Shown here piece by piece: positions 1 through 10,429 of a stretch of DNA of 57,172 bases. The notes under the pieces were generated by a model. It worked only from the letters and a program-made list of their open reading frames with translations. It made no database searches and had not been told where the DNA came from. Where the stretch lies: positions 1 through 57,172 of IMG/VR virus record IMGVR_UViG_3300033182_000558. The stretch is one strand, 5' to 3'. The stretch comes from a virus. Its lineage: Duplodnaviria > Caudoviricetes. The position numbers were made by a program, and so were the translations under genes. The first letter of the stretch is position 1. Every line of letters begins with the position of its first letter.

Positions 1-3000
1 TCGGGTTTAACAGGTGGGGGTGATTTAACATCTACACGAACATTAAATGTTGGTGCAGGTGATGGTATAACTGTAAATGCAGATGATATACAAGTTGATG
101 GTACGGTTTTAAGAACAACAGGAGACCAAACAAAGACCGCAGGCTCTCTTACCTTTAACGATAACGTACCTTTATACTTCGGTACAGCACAGGACTTAAA
201 AATACATCATAATGGTGTTTCAAACATAGTAGAAGACGTAGGTACAGGTGGATTAACTCTTAGAGGTAATAACGTTTACCTACAGGACGACTCTACCGGC
301 GGTTACGGATTATTTGCCCAGGGATTAAATAATGGTGCATTTGAAATATATTATGACAATTCGTTAAAACTTGCTACTACGTCAACTGGAGTAACGGTAT
401 CAGGTAGTGTAAATGCTTATGGAGCAGTTACTGCATCTGAATTTACAGGTAGTTTTATAGGTGATGGTAGTGGTTCATTTAGTGGTAGTTTTGAGGGTGA
501 TGGTAGTGGTTTAACAGGTATAATAGCAGAAGGTACAGTTAGTTCATCCGCTCAACTTACAGATACATTTTTAGAAATTACAGGAGATAGTGTTGTAAGT
601 TCATCGGCACAAATAGACCACGATTCTACTACCAATTATTCTGCTGACGAGCATTTCACCCAAGCCAACATCACCACAGTGGGGACTGTTACTAGTGGTG
701 ACATTACAGGAATACTTCCATCGGGAACTGTTAGTGGGTCTTCACAAGTTTCATATACAGGTTTATCAAATATACCAAGTGGTATTGTTTCTTCGTCATC
801 ACAAATAGACCACGATAGTACTACAAACTTTAGTTCTGACGAACACTTTACTCAAGCTAATATTACAACTGTTGGAACTGTTACTAGTGGAGATGTGAGT
901 GCAATACTTCCTAACGGCACAGTAAGTAGTTCAGGTCAAATAGACCACGACCAAACTACTAATTATAGTGCAGATGAACATTTTACTCAAGCTAACATTA
1001 CAACTGTTGGGACAGTAACAAGTGGGGACATTACAGGTATTTTACCAAGTGGTACAGTTTCATCTTCTGCTCAATTACAATCTACCTTTGACACACGATA
1101 CTTAAACACTACGGGGGATAGTGTAATTTCATCATCTGTAGAAGGTGACGGACAAGGACAAATAAAATTAAATGGTGTAAATGTAAATACCAACGGACTA
1201 GGAACAGATGACTCACCACAATTCACTAACCTAACACTTTCAGGCGACTTAACAGTAAATGGAACTACTACTACGGTCAATTCAACGGAAGTGGAAATAG
1301 GTGATAGAATTATTGTACTAAATGGTCAAGATGCCGCAGGTGATAGTGGTATAAACGTTTACGACACATCAACTAATCAAACAGGTTCTTTACTTTGGGA
1401 TTCATCAGGTGATTATTGGAAAGCGGGTGAGTTAGGTTCGGAAGTAAAGATATTACGTCAGACAGGAGATAGTGTAGTTTCATCTTCTGCACAAATAGAC
1501 CACGATAGTACTACAAACTATTCTGCTGACGAACACTTTACCCAAGCTAATATCACAACCGTTGGAACGGTTACAAGTGGTGATGTAAGTGCGATATTAC
1601 CAAGTGGTGTTGTTTCATCTTCGGCTCAATTAGAAGGAACATTTGATACAAGATACCTAAACACCACGGGTGATAGTGTGGTTAGTAGTTCCGCTCAAAT
1701 ATCACACGATTCAACGAGTGGATTTGTAGCAAACGAACACATAGACCACAGTACAGTAGAAATAACTGCAGGTTCGGGTTTAACAGGTGGGGGTGATTTA
1801 ACATCTACACGAACATTAAATGTTGGTGCAGGTGATGGTATAACTGTAAATGCAGATGATATACAAGTTGATGGTACGGTTTTAAGAACAACAGGAGATA
1901 GTGTAGTTTCTTCGTCAGCACAAATTGACCACGACCAAACAACTAATTATAGTTCTGATGAACACTTCACCCAAGCTAACATTACAACTGTTGGGACTGT
2001 AACAAGTGGTGATATTACAGGAATACTTCCAAGTGGAACTGTTAGTGGGTCTGACCAACTAGAAGGCTACATCTCTCAAAGTGGTACTTTTGTTGCAAAT
2101 GAAACAATTATTGCAAATGGTTCAAACTCAGTAACATCTTCAAACATACTGGCATTAGATACCAATAATAACTTTCTAGGTATAAATCAAACGTCACCTG
2201 AAGTAACACTTCATATGACAGGAGAAGGTGCTCAAACGGCTCAAATTAGAATAGAACAGTACAACGATACCGCAGATGCACCTGATATTAGAACACGAAA
2301 AGCTAGAGGAACTGAGGCATCACCGTCTGCTCCAAATGCTGGAGATTATTTATTTAGACAGAACATAGAAAGATATAACGGTTCTAGTTTTGAAACAATG
2401 CACTCTCAACAATTTGACTTGGATGATACTGATGCTACCAAGGCCACCTATCAGTTACAAACTAACATAGGTAGTGGATTACAAAACAGATATGTTATAA
2501 ATGCACTCGGTAATCATAGATTTATAGGAGATGTAAGTGGTTCTATTTTTAGTGGTTCTTTTGTAGGGGACGGTAGTGGTTTAACGGGTATAAGTTCGGC
2601 AGCAGGAACAGTTAGTTCATCCGCTCAACTTACAGATACATTTTTAGAAATTACAGGAGATAGTGTTGTAAGTAGTTCTGCTCAAATAGACCACGATAAT
2701 ACTACAAACTATTCTGCGGATGAACACTTTACCCAAGGTGATATAACCACGGTAGGAACCGTTACTAGTGGGGATGTGAGTGCAATACTTCCTAACGGCA
2801 CAGTAAGTAGTTCAGGTCAAATAGACCACGACCAAACTACTAATTATAGTGCAGATGAACATTTTACTCAAGCTAACATTACTACACTTGGTACGGTAAC
2901 AGTAGGTAACGTAGATGCTATCTTACCAAGTGGGACATTTAGTGGGTCAATTACTGATGAATTACCAAGTGGAGTTATAAGTAGTTCTGCTGAAGGTGAC

Positions 3001-3290
3001 GGGCAAGGACAAATAAAATTAAATGGTGTAAATGTAAATACCAACGGACTAGGAACAGATGACTCACCACAGTTTACTAATCTTACTCTTTCAGGTGATT
3101 TAACAGTAAACGGTACAACTACAACCGTAAACTCAACGGAAGTAGAAATAGGTGATAGAATTATTGTATTGAATGGTCAGAACGCTGCAGGTGATAGTGG
3201 TATAAATGTTTATGATAATGCCACAAACCAAACAGGTTCTTTACTTTGGGACACTACAAGTGATTATTGGAAAGGTGGTTTATTGGGGTC
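1..3290 (+). repeat. Internal direct repeats in the tail fibre gene
   Basis: 1-125 is identical to 1774-1898; 880-1001 matches 2761-2882 with 1 mismatch; 535-600 matches 2608-2673; ~1141-1420 is similar to ~2992-3270. Seven copies of a ~41-45 aa unit containing QIDHDxTTNYSxDEHFTQ. Confidence 0.9.
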
Positions 3291-5571
3291 AGAGGCAAGG
3301 TTCTTGACCGTTGATGATGAAGGTTCGGGTAATGGATTAGACGCAGATACACTTGATACATACCACGCGGCTGACTTTATCCGAAAAGGTGAAGACGTAG
3401 ATACTACATTAGGTAATAGTACGGACAATCGTGCTACGGTTCTTACATTAAACCATTCAAGTACGGATATATTTGCCGCAGACTCTGATATAGGTGACGC
3501 AGAACGAAACCTGACAATACAAAACCCTAACAGTGCAGACACGAATGGAATGTACACCGCACTTCATATGCAGGTACTTGGTACTTCTGCTCGTGTGATG
3601 GGTGATATAAAGTTTGTTCGTGATAGTGGAACACGAGGTAAATGGTATTTTACATCAAAAGACACAAGTGCTGTATTTCACGACGCATTCAGTATTAGTA
3701 CCGAGGGTGTTGAGGTAAGTGGTAGTTCAAGTGACATACTTACACTACGTGGAATATCATCAACAGGTGCCGGTGGTATAAAAATAGAAGACCCGACCGC
3801 CCCAACATACGGTGCTCACTTTAGTTATTTAGACGGTGCAACAGAAGTATCCATTGGTGGTGTCACCGCTGGTACACGAAATGATGTTATACGTATAGAC
3901 AGAGATACTACACAGACTGTTAAAATAGATGACACGGGGGTAGGGATTGGTACTACTAGTCCTGATGCTAAATTACATATCGGTTCAAGTTCAGGTGCTA
4001 CTGCATACCAATCAGGTAATGACGGTATTATAGTTGAAAGAAATGGTAGAGCTGCAATAAATCTTTTGACTCCAAATACAAACGATGCTTACATCTTTTT
4101 TGCAGACCCTGAAGCCGGTAATGCTGGATATGTTGGATACGAACACGCTAATGATAGAATGGCATTAAGGTCTTTAGGAGATTTTTATTTTACTGGTGGT
4201 AACGTAGGTATTGGTACGAATTCGCCTGATGATAAACTCCACGTCGTTGGTAATATTTTTATACAAGATAGTTCACCTGAAATAACATTAGAAACAGGTG
4301 CCACTCACTATAACTGGCAACTAGCCGCTCAAGAAAACAAAGACGCCGCATTTGAAATATCGGTAGGAAGTCAAGACGCTGACGCATCTAACGATACATT
4401 CTCACCACTTATGGTAGTTAGTGCAAGTGGTGCAGTGGGTATTGGTACGACTTCGCCTTCTTCATTATTACACGTTAAAACTACAAATGATAATACGGGA
4501 ACAGGTGTAACCGTTGGGGTAGGACTTGATAATGGTTCGGCAACTACACCAAATGCGATAGACTTACAAAACGTTGGTGGTACTACTAGTGATGCAGTGG
4601 CTGCCAACTTTAAAGTAGGTGGTACGGATAGGGCAAAAATTATAGGTGGTAGATATAGTAATGGTGGGTTGTTAAAAATACAAGTAGGGAATACGTCCAA
4701 CGTTCTCACCGACAGAGTTATAGTAGATAGTGATAGTGTTGAAATTAAAACTGCAGAAATAACATTAGACCAAAACTCAGCTGCAACAGATACTATTATT
4801 AATAACACTAACGCTGCTAGTGATTTGGTATTAAAGACTAGTGGTGGTAATGTTAGGATTGACGATAATTTGGAAATATCATCTTCTGCTAGAGTAGGGG
4901 TAGGTACAGGTTCTCCAAATTCAACGTTAGAAGTAGCAGGGGCTTCAGGTGTAAGTCAATTACGACTACGGTTTAGTTCTGACACGAATGGTTATACGGA
5001 TATAACCGCAAACAGTTTAGTGGCTGGTCTAAATTTTGATATAACAGAACCACCATATGGTACTGCAGGATATAATTTTCAAGTTGATGGTAATACAGTA
5101 CTTTCTGTAAATGCAACAGGTTCTATGGAAATAGCTGATGGTCAACCTTCAAGTTATAATGCATTAACGGTAAATGGTAATATATCAGCTACGGGTGAAA
5201 TAACTGCATATGCTTCTGATGAAAGATTAAAAGATATAATATCACCTATAACAGAACCTATCCAAAAAATTCAATCTTTGGATGGATTTTATTATCTTTT
5301 TAATGAAACTGCAGAATCTATTGGAATACAGAGTGATAGTAGAAAAGTAGGTTTATCGGCACAACAGGTACAAAAAGTTTTACCTGAAATAGTAACCTTT
5401 GCACCTGCAGACAGAAAAGATGGAAAAAGTAAGACAGGTGAAGATTATTTGACGATACATTACGATAAGTTAGTTCCTTTATTAGTTGAGGGTATAAAAG
5501 AACAACAACAAACAATAGAAAAATTACAAGAAGAAGTTAAAGAACTCCAAAAGGTTATTAGGAGAATATAA
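1..5571 (+). CDS. Long tail fibre / receptor-binding protein with C-terminal peptidase S74 intramolecular chaperone (5'-truncated by the window edge)
   Basis: Frame 1 is open from base 1 (SGLTGGGDLTSTRTLNVGAG...) into the listed 679..5571 ORF, so the real start is upstream. G/S/T-rich, with repeated GIGTxxP motifs and a C-terminal AYASDERLK...GLSAQQVQKVLPEIV...YDKLVPLLVEGIKEQQ plus coiled coil typical of S74 chaperones. Confidence 0.9.
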   Translation, partial: SGLTGGGDLTSTRTLNVGAGDGITVNADDIQVDGTVLRTTGDQTKTAGSLTFNDNVPLYFGTAQDLKIHHNGVSNIVEDVGTGGLTLRGNNVYLQDDSTGGYGLFAQGLNNGAFEIYYDNSLKLATTSTGVTVSGSVNAYGAVTASEFTGSFIGDGSGSFSGSFEGDGSGLTGIIAEGTVSSSAQLTDTFLEITGDSVVSSSAQIDHDSTTNYSADEHFTQANITTVGTVTSGDITGILPSGTVSGSSQVSYTGLSNIPSGIVSSSSQIDHDSTTNFSSDEHFTQANITTVGTVTSGDVSAILPNGTVSSSGQIDHDQTTNYSADEHFTQANITTVGTVTSGDITGILPSGTVSSSAQLQSTFDTRYLNTTGDSVISSSVEGDGQGQIKLNGVNVNTNGLGTDDSPQFTNLTLSGDLTVNGTTTTVNSTEVEIGDRIIVLNGQDAAGDSGINVYDTSTNQTGSLLWDSSGDYWKAGELGSEVKILRQTGDSVVSSSAQIDHDSTTNYSADEHFTQANITTVGTVTSGDVSAILPSGVVSSSAQLEGTFDTRYLNTTGDSVVSSSAQISHDSTSGFVANEHIDHSTVEITAGSGLTGGGDLTSTRTLNVGAGDGITVNADDIQVDGTVLRTTGDSVVSSSAQIDHDQTTNYSSDEHFTQANITTVGTVTSGDITGILPSGTVSGSDQLEGYISQSGTFVANETIIANGSNSVTSSNILALDTNNNFLGINQTSPEVTLHMTGEGAQTAQIRIEQYNDTADAPDIRTRKARGTEASPSAPNAGDYLFRQNIERYNGSSFETMHSQQFDLDDTDATKATYQLQTNIGSGLQNRYVINALGNHRFIGDVSGSIFSGSFVGDGSGLTGISSAAGTVSSSAQLTDTFLEITGDSVVSSSAQIDHDNTTNYSADEHFTQGDITTVGTVTSGDVSAILPNGTVSSSGQIDHDQTTNYSADEHFTQANITTLGTVTVGNVDAILPSGTFSGSITDELPSGVISSSAEGDGQGQIKLNGVNVNTNGLGTDDSPQFTNLTLSGDLTVNGTTTTVNSTEVEIGDRIIVLNGQNAAGDSGINVYDNATNQTGSLLWDTTSDYWKGGLLGSEARFLTVDDEGSGNGLDADTLDTYHAADFIRKGEDVDTTLGNSTDNRATVLTLNHSSTDIFAADSDIGDAERNLTIQNPNSADTNGMYTALHMQVLGTSARVMGDIKFVRDSGTRGKWYFTSKDTSAVFHDAFSISTEGVEVSGSSSDILTLRGISSTGAGGIKIEDPTAPTYGAHFSYLDGATEVSIGGVTAGTRNDVIRIDRDTTQTVKIDDTGVGIGTTSPDAKLHIGSSSGATAYQSGNDGIIVERNGRAAINLLTPNTNDAYIFFADPEAGNAGYVGYEHANDRMALRSLGDFYFTGGNVGIGTNSPDDKLHVVGNIFIQDSSPEITLETGATHYNWQLAAQENKDAAFEISVGSQDADASNDTFSPLMVVSASGAVGIGTTSPSSLLHVKTTNDNTGTGVTVGVGLDNGSATTPNAIDLQNVGGTTSDAVAANFKVGGTDRAKIIGGRYSNGGLLKIQVGNTSNVLTDRVIVDSDSVEIKTAEITLDQNSAATDTIINNTNAASDLVLKTSGGNVRIDDNLEISSSARVGVGTGSPNSTLEVAGASGVSQLRLRFSSDTNGYTDITANSLVAGLNFDITEPPYGTAGYNFQVDGNTVLSVNATGSMEIADGQPSSYNALTVNGNISATGEITAYASDERLKDIISPITEPIQKIQSLDGFYYLFNETAESIGIQSDSRKVGLSAQQVQKVLPEIVTFAPADRKDGKSKTGEDYLTIHYDKLVPLLVEGIKEQQQTIEKLQEEVKELQKVIRRI

Positions 5572-5777
5572 TGGGTGTTATACCAGCAACGGGTACGGAA
5601 GTTAGTTTGGGTAAGATTGCTAGAGCCTATGGTGTGATAGGTTCATACCCCCCGTCTGCCGGTACGAATTTAGGTCTTAATGTTGACTTGGGGCCAGAAC
5701 TTTCTATACCCGCGTCTTCATCAACTGATATGAGTGAAGATTTTGGTGGTCAAACAACACCAAACACTTACCCATAA
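5571..5777 (+). CDS. Small virion/tail-fibre-associated protein
   Basis: 68 aa, TAATG-coupled to the fibre gene. The MGVIPATGTEVSLGKI N-terminus and SMSEDFGG-like end resemble small fibre-tip proteins of myoviruses. Confidence 0.5.
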   Translation: MGVIPATGTEVSLGKIARAYGVIGSYPPSAGTNLGLNVDLGPELSIPASSSTDMSEDFGGQTTPNTYP

Positions 5778-5779
5778 TT

Positions 5780-5807
5780 TTGACATTAAAAAAGGTTTTA
5801 GTATATT
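5780..5807 (+). promoter_or_regulatory. Putative sigma70-type promoter
   Basis: TTGACA (5780-5785), 16-nt spacer, TATATT (5802-5807), just before ATG 5814. Confidence 0.45.
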
Positions 5808-5813
5808 GTTGGT

Positions 5814-6230
5814 ATGAGTATAAGTTACAAACCATATCCATCGGAGTATGAACTACGATATGTGATGTTTCCCAATATTGGGTTTGACAAACAACAACTA
5901 TTGGAGTTTTTAGAATACCGAAAGAAAGCAAAAGGTGAGTTGTTAGAAACACTTGATAAGATACTATCGGACTACCCAAAGGATAAACTAGTTAAACTGT
6001 TAAACAACGACCCTGATGTAAGTAGAATATCTACTATTGAAAAGTATGCACGTAAAGCTGCAAAAGATATTTTGTTGACAGGTAAATACGAACCTGAAAC
6101 CTTTGAGGTAGTTACTAACCTACCATTATCAGATTACCAACTACTAATGAAACGGAGTAAAGAGATTATTACTCAAATACAATCATTGGGAGTACAGGAA
6201 GAGTCACCAAAAGGAATGCCGGGTGCGTAG
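5814..6230 (+). CDS. Hypothetical protein
   Basis: 138-aa ORF, helical, no recognised motif; abuts the next gene. Confidence 0.7.
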   Translation: MSISYKPYPSEYELRYVMFPNIGFDKQQLLEFLEYRKKAKGELLETLDKILSDYPKDKLVKLLNNDPDVSRISTIEKYARKAAKDILLTGKYEPETFEVVTNLPLSDYQLLMKRSKEIITQIQSLGVQEESPKGMPGA

Positions 6231-6923
6231 ATGAAGAAAAGTATTTATGATACTACGTTGTGGGAATCTCAACCAAAGAAAGTAGCTATTTTAGTTCCTA
6301 CCAAAGATGTAGTATATTCTCACTTTTCATTCAGTCTCGCAAACATAATCAAAACATCAATACAATCAGGGTTAGATGTTGATGTGTTTTTTGACCAATC
6401 TACTATTCTTATTAACCAAAGAGAATACCTTGTCAATAAAGCCATAGAAAGTCATAGTGATTATATGTTTTGGATGGATAGTGATATGTATTTACCATCC
6501 ACTACAATCCTACGATTACTCGCACACAACGAAGACATTGTATGTGGAAACTATATGAAAAGAGCACCCCAATTTAAGACAGTCGCGTACACCGATACGA
6601 CTGATTGGGATAGTTGGGTTCCACTTGTAAAAGAAGATGAGTTGGTAGAAGTAGAAGGTGTTGGGTTGGGATGTTGTTTAATGAAAACAGATATATTTAA
6701 GAAACTCAAACGACCATTCTTTGAGTATAACTACCAACCCAAAACAAAAGATTGGGGTGGTGAGGATTTTATGTTACAGAAAAAATTGAGAGACCAAGGA
6801 TACAAAATCTATTTAGATATGGTGTTAAGTGAACAAGTAAAACACATTGGAACATTCGCGTTTGGAGATAAGATGAGTACCAATCAACGGAAAATAAAGG
6901 AAAGAAAAAATATATCTTTATGA
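6231..6923 (+). CDS. GT-A fold (GT2-like) glycosyltransferase
   Basis: KVAILVP start, MFWMDSD (DxD), GVGLGCCLMK, GEDFM motifs. Confidence 0.75.
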   Translation: MKKSIYDTTLWESQPKKVAILVPTKDVVYSHFSFSLANIIKTSIQSGLDVDVFFDQSTILINQREYLVNKAIESHSDYMFWMDSDMYLPSTTILRLLAHNEDIVCGNYMKRAPQFKTVAYTDTTDWDSWVPLVKEDELVEVEGVGLGCCLMKTDIFKKLKRPFFEYNYQPKTKDWGGEDFMLQKKLRDQGYKIYLDMVLSEQVKHIGTFAFGDKMSTNQRKIKERKNISL

Positions 6924-7780
6924 CGGTGAATAAAAAAGAGATTGGAGTATCATTAAGTTGTTTTGAGGATTTGAGTTTATTTAATTACTATACCAAGAAT
7001 GCAAAAAAAGTAATTAGTAAATTCACAGACAGAGGATATGTAGTATATGTTCACACCAATAATCCTGATGAGTTTTCTGATTTAGATTGTTATGTAGTAC
7101 CATCTAAACTTAAAGTTATTTCTGTCAACGAAGTTGCAAAAATGACCGAGGACGAAAAGAACTTGATAAACTTTGATGACTATTGGACTTTTTACAGAAA
7201 GATTGAGGACATTGATTATGTTTTAGACAGACACGAGTATTGTTTATATATAGATTCAGACAACTTGCCAGTTGATGATACATTTAACAAGATAGAAAAA
7301 CATATATTAAATACTGAATGGGAAGGGGGTATATACTTTAACGGAGTTTGGGGGGATTTACAATCAATCAAAGACTCACCAAAAATAAATGGTTATTCTT
7401 ATCCAACGGTTGGATATTTAAAATGTCTTGAATATTTTTATTTCATAGACGAGACGGAAGGATTAAATCCATCACTTGATTTAAAACCATTTGATGAAAG
7501 TATTATGTTTATAAAAAAGTTTGATGAGTGGGGTTCATTCAAAGATTTAGTATTAGGAAAATATCAAACTATTGCTATAAACAATGATAAAAAAGATTTT
7601 TCTTGGATTGATGATGAATCATATAAACTATTTGGTAGAGCAGAAGGATTGGGTTGGACAATGGCGATAGAAGAACTTGATATGTTTAGTAAAGCTAAGT
7701 CTGATGATAGAATTTATGATATTAGAAAAACACTTGTGGTAAAAACTCATCCAACGACTTATGATAACACAACGGTTTAA
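6920..7780 (+). CDS. Putative GT-A glycosyltransferase-like protein
   Basis: VYVHTNNP and CLYIDSD (DxD), K-x-x-x-I helix before the DxD, and cluster context. Confidence 0.45.
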   Translation: MTVNKKEIGVSLSCFEDLSLFNYYTKNAKKVISKFTDRGYVVYVHTNNPDEFSDLDCYVVPSKLKVISVNEVAKMTEDEKNLINFDDYWTFYRKIEDIDYVLDRHEYCLYIDSDNLPVDDTFNKIEKHILNTEWEGGIYFNGVWGDLQSIKDSPKINGYSYPTVGYLKCLEYFYFIDETEGLNPSLDLKPFDESIMFIKKFDEWGSFKDLVLGKYQTIAINNDKKDFSWIDDESYKLFGRAEGLGWTMAIEELDMFSKAKSDDRIYDIRKTLVVKTHPTTYDNTTV

Positions 7781-8351
7781 TTCCAATAAAGATTATAGAG
7801 GAGATGTTGACACGAGTAGAAATTATATGTTTCTAGGGTTTATTGAACTATTGACTGTATTGTCTAATAAACTAGACAAGACTGATTATACAATGATTGA
7901 GATAGGGAGTTATATGGGTGAGTCCACGATGATGTTTGCGTCAACGGGAATATTTTCCACTATATACTCAATAGACCCCCTTGATGGTTATGAAGAATTT
8001 AATGAAATGCATAACTATCCTTGGGAGTTTGTAAGAGATGAGTTTACTAAAAACACTAAATATTTTGATAGTATAGTTCACTTACAAGATTTTAGTTACA
8101 ACGTGGTTGATAAGTTTGAAAATGATAGTATAGATTTTATTTATATAGATGGTAGCCATTCTGAAGAAAATGTTAGACGTGATTTAGAATTGTATTTACC
8201 AAAACTAAAAAAGAATGGAATTATTGCAGGACACGACTATCTTGAACTTGTGTGGCCTGACTTGGTAAAAGTTGTGACGGATGTTGTGGGTAAACCCGAT
8301 ATAGTATTTTCAGATACAAGTTGGATAAAATTTTATAATAATGAAGTATAA
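7761..8351 (+). CDS. Class I SAM-dependent methyltransferase (Methyltransf_24-like)
   Basis: MIEIGSYMGEST, IDFIYIDGSH, GIIAGHDY. Confidence 0.9.
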   Translation: MITQRFNSNKDYRGDVDTSRNYMFLGFIELLTVLSNKLDKTDYTMIEIGSYMGESTMMFASTGIFSTIYSIDPLDGYEEFNEMHNYPWEFVRDEFTKNTKYFDSIVHLQDFSYNVVDKFENDSIDFIYIDGSHSEENVRRDLELYLPKLKKNGIIAGHDYLELVWPDLVKVVTDVVGKPDIVFSDTSWIKFYNNEV

Positions 8352-8949
8352 ACTATTAAAAAACAAAATACCAAATGATGTAGTTGAGTATTTACAAAAC
8401 TACACATTAACTGTTAAAGATAAAATATCTAAAGTAATTGGTCAACCTAAAAAGAATGGGTGTGGTTCTTTTTGGAGAGGACTTGATATGGCTTCTAGTT
8501 TAGAATTAGTATCAGACGAGGAAAACAAAAAGTTATACGATGTATACACTTCAAAATTTATGTATGACATTATTACTGAATACATACCATCACCTTATCT
8601 ATTTAATGACCAAATAGTTGTTAAAGAGGGTGGTGAGGAATTTGAATTTGGTGAACACTTTGATAATCAATTCGGCCCAACACCTGACGATAAAGATTTA
8701 CTGACTATCAATTGTATGTTAGTATTGGATGATTTTACAGATGAAAACGGTGCAATAGAAGTTTATGACGATGAGTGGATTAGACTTTACCCAAAGGTTG
8801 GTGATATTCTAATGATAGAAGGGTTTACATTACATAGGTCGTTTAAGAACAATACTGATAAACCTAGAAGAGCATATCTTTGTGTATATTCTAACAAATC
8901 AATTGGTAAAAATTTTCAAAAAGGATTTTATTATGAACAATTTAAATAA
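8341..8949 (+). CDS. PhyH-family Fe(II)/2OG dioxygenase
   Basis: HFDNQ (HxD), LDDFTDENGAI, LHRS...N.T...RRAY. Confidence 0.85.
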   Translation: MKYKLLKNKIPNDVVEYLQNYTLTVKDKISKVIGQPKKNGCGSFWRGLDMASSLELVSDEENKKLYDVYTSKFMYDIITEYIPSPYLFNDQIVVKEGGEEFEFGEHFDNQFGPTPDDKDLLTINCMLVLDDFTDENGAIEVYDDEWIRLYPKVGDILMIEGFTLHRSFKNNTDKPRRAYLCVYSNKSIGKNFQKGFYYEQFK

Positions 8950-8976
8950 TGAAGTAACAATAGAGGGACAACAGTA

Positions 8977-9828
8977 ATGAACTACGGTTTTGATGGATTT
9001 TGGAGAACTAAACGTTTATCTATAAAATGGATAAATGATTTATTAAAATATATAATCCCAACTAAAAGGTTAGATTGGGATTCTTATATTCAGAAAACAT
9101 ATGTACTTCATCTACCTGAAGAAAAAAAACGTAAAAGAAATCTTAACAGACAACTTAATAAAATAAAAACTAAAAATGGTAGTCTTCGTAATGAAGTAAC
9201 TTGGTGGGAGGGTTTCAAGGGTGTAACCGAGTGGGATAAAAGTTTATATGTAGACGAGTACTCTTTTTATTATCATTACTTAATTGACCCCGTTGATACA
9301 TTTGGTATGACCGAAGAACAAATGAAATCAACAATGATTAAATGTAGTGTGCCTGAACGGTCAATAGCACTATCTCATATTAAAATACTCCAAGACATTG
9401 TAGAAAATGATATACCTTACTCATTGATTATGGAAGATGATGTTTGGATTAGATATGACTTTAATAAACGTTTTAAGTCAATAATGGATGAACAAGTACC
9501 AAAAGATTTTGATATACTTTATATCTCATCAATGCCTACACAACGAGGTTTTACGTGGGACGAACATTCTAAAGACGTATTACGATTATACAATGGAGTA
9601 TGGTGGATGAGTGGTCTTATTGTAACAAAAAAAGCTGCTCAAAAAATGTTAGACAATCTACCGTGTGTTGGCCCAATTGACGTTTGGATTAACCATCAGT
9701 TTGAGGGACTAAATGTTTATATGACACGAGAAAATTTAGTGGAGCAAAGACTTGATTATAAATCATCTAACTCATATTCATTTCTTGAAACATACCCTGA
9801 TACAGATATGAAATATAATGAAAACTAA
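8977..9828 (+). CDS. GT25 glycosyltransferase
   Basis: YVLHLPEEKKR, IALSHIKI, LIMEDD, KAAQKML, PIDVWI. Confidence 0.85.
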   Translation: MNYGFDGFWRTKRLSIKWINDLLKYIIPTKRLDWDSYIQKTYVLHLPEEKKRKRNLNRQLNKIKTKNGSLRNEVTWWEGFKGVTEWDKSLYVDEYSFYYHYLIDPVDTFGMTEEQMKSTMIKCSVPERSIALSHIKILQDIVENDIPYSLIMEDDVWIRYDFNKRFKSIMDEQVPKDFDILYISSMPTQRGFTWDEHSKDVLRLYNGVWWMSGLIVTKKAAQKMLDNLPCVGPIDVWINHQFEGLNVYMTRENLVEQRLDYKSSNSYSFLETYPDTDMKYNEN

Positions 9829-10429
9829 TGTAAAATATAAAGTCAAAGTTTTATCTCTCAAGAGAAGAAAAGACAGACAAGAAAAAGTAAAAAAAGTTCT
9901 TAAAGGAATAGACTTTGAATTTCATTGGGGTATTGATGGTAAAGAATACAAACTTACAGAATGGGATAGAGAATGGGTATATGGAAATACATACAAAGAT
10001 TATGGAATTCATATTCCGTCATTGGTTGCAACTAATCGTTCTCACAATAACATATTAAGAGATTGTATAAAAGATGGAATACCTTACTTTGTATTTGAAG
10101 ATGATGTAAAGTTATTAAAACCGATTGATTTTAGTTTTCAAGAAATAGCTAATAAAGATTTAGATTGTTTTTGGATGGTTCCACATAAACCATCTATACT
10201 ATCATATGTTGTATGGCCAAGTGGTGCAAAAAAGTTAATTGAATATACTAACAAAAAAGGAGGTTTGAGTAGAGGGTTTGATTACTCGTGGAGTGAAGCA
10301 CGTCATACTGAAGGACTTATGGAATCAGAACATTTATGGGATGATTATTTTTATCAAATATCAGGAGATGAAGACTCTGACATAACTACTAAACTTTATT
10401 ATGGACTTGATGAAATAAGAATGTACTAA
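9818..10429 (+). CDS. GT25 glycosyltransferase
   Basis: VLSLKRRKDR, GIDG, SH, VFEDD, YVVWPSGAKKLI. Confidence 0.85.
   Translation: MKTNVKYKVKVLSLKRRKDRQEKVKKVLKGIDFEFHWGIDGKEYKLTEWDREWVYGNTYKDYGIHIPSLVATNRSHNNILRDCIKDGIPYFVFEDDVKLLKPIDFSFQEIANKDLDCFWMVPHKPSILSYVVWPSGAKKLIEYTNKKGGLSRGFDYSWSEARHTEGLMESEHLWDDYFYQISGDEDSDITTKLYYGLDEIRMY

Noticed and set aside
679-5571. GTG 679 as the tail fibre start
   Set aside because: The frame is open from base 1 with the same repeat content, so the true start is upstream of the window.
1-5571. Diversity-generating retroelement acting on the tail fibre
   Set aside because: There is no reverse transcriptase in the window, and repeat differences are mostly synonymous rather than adenine-specific TR/VR changes.
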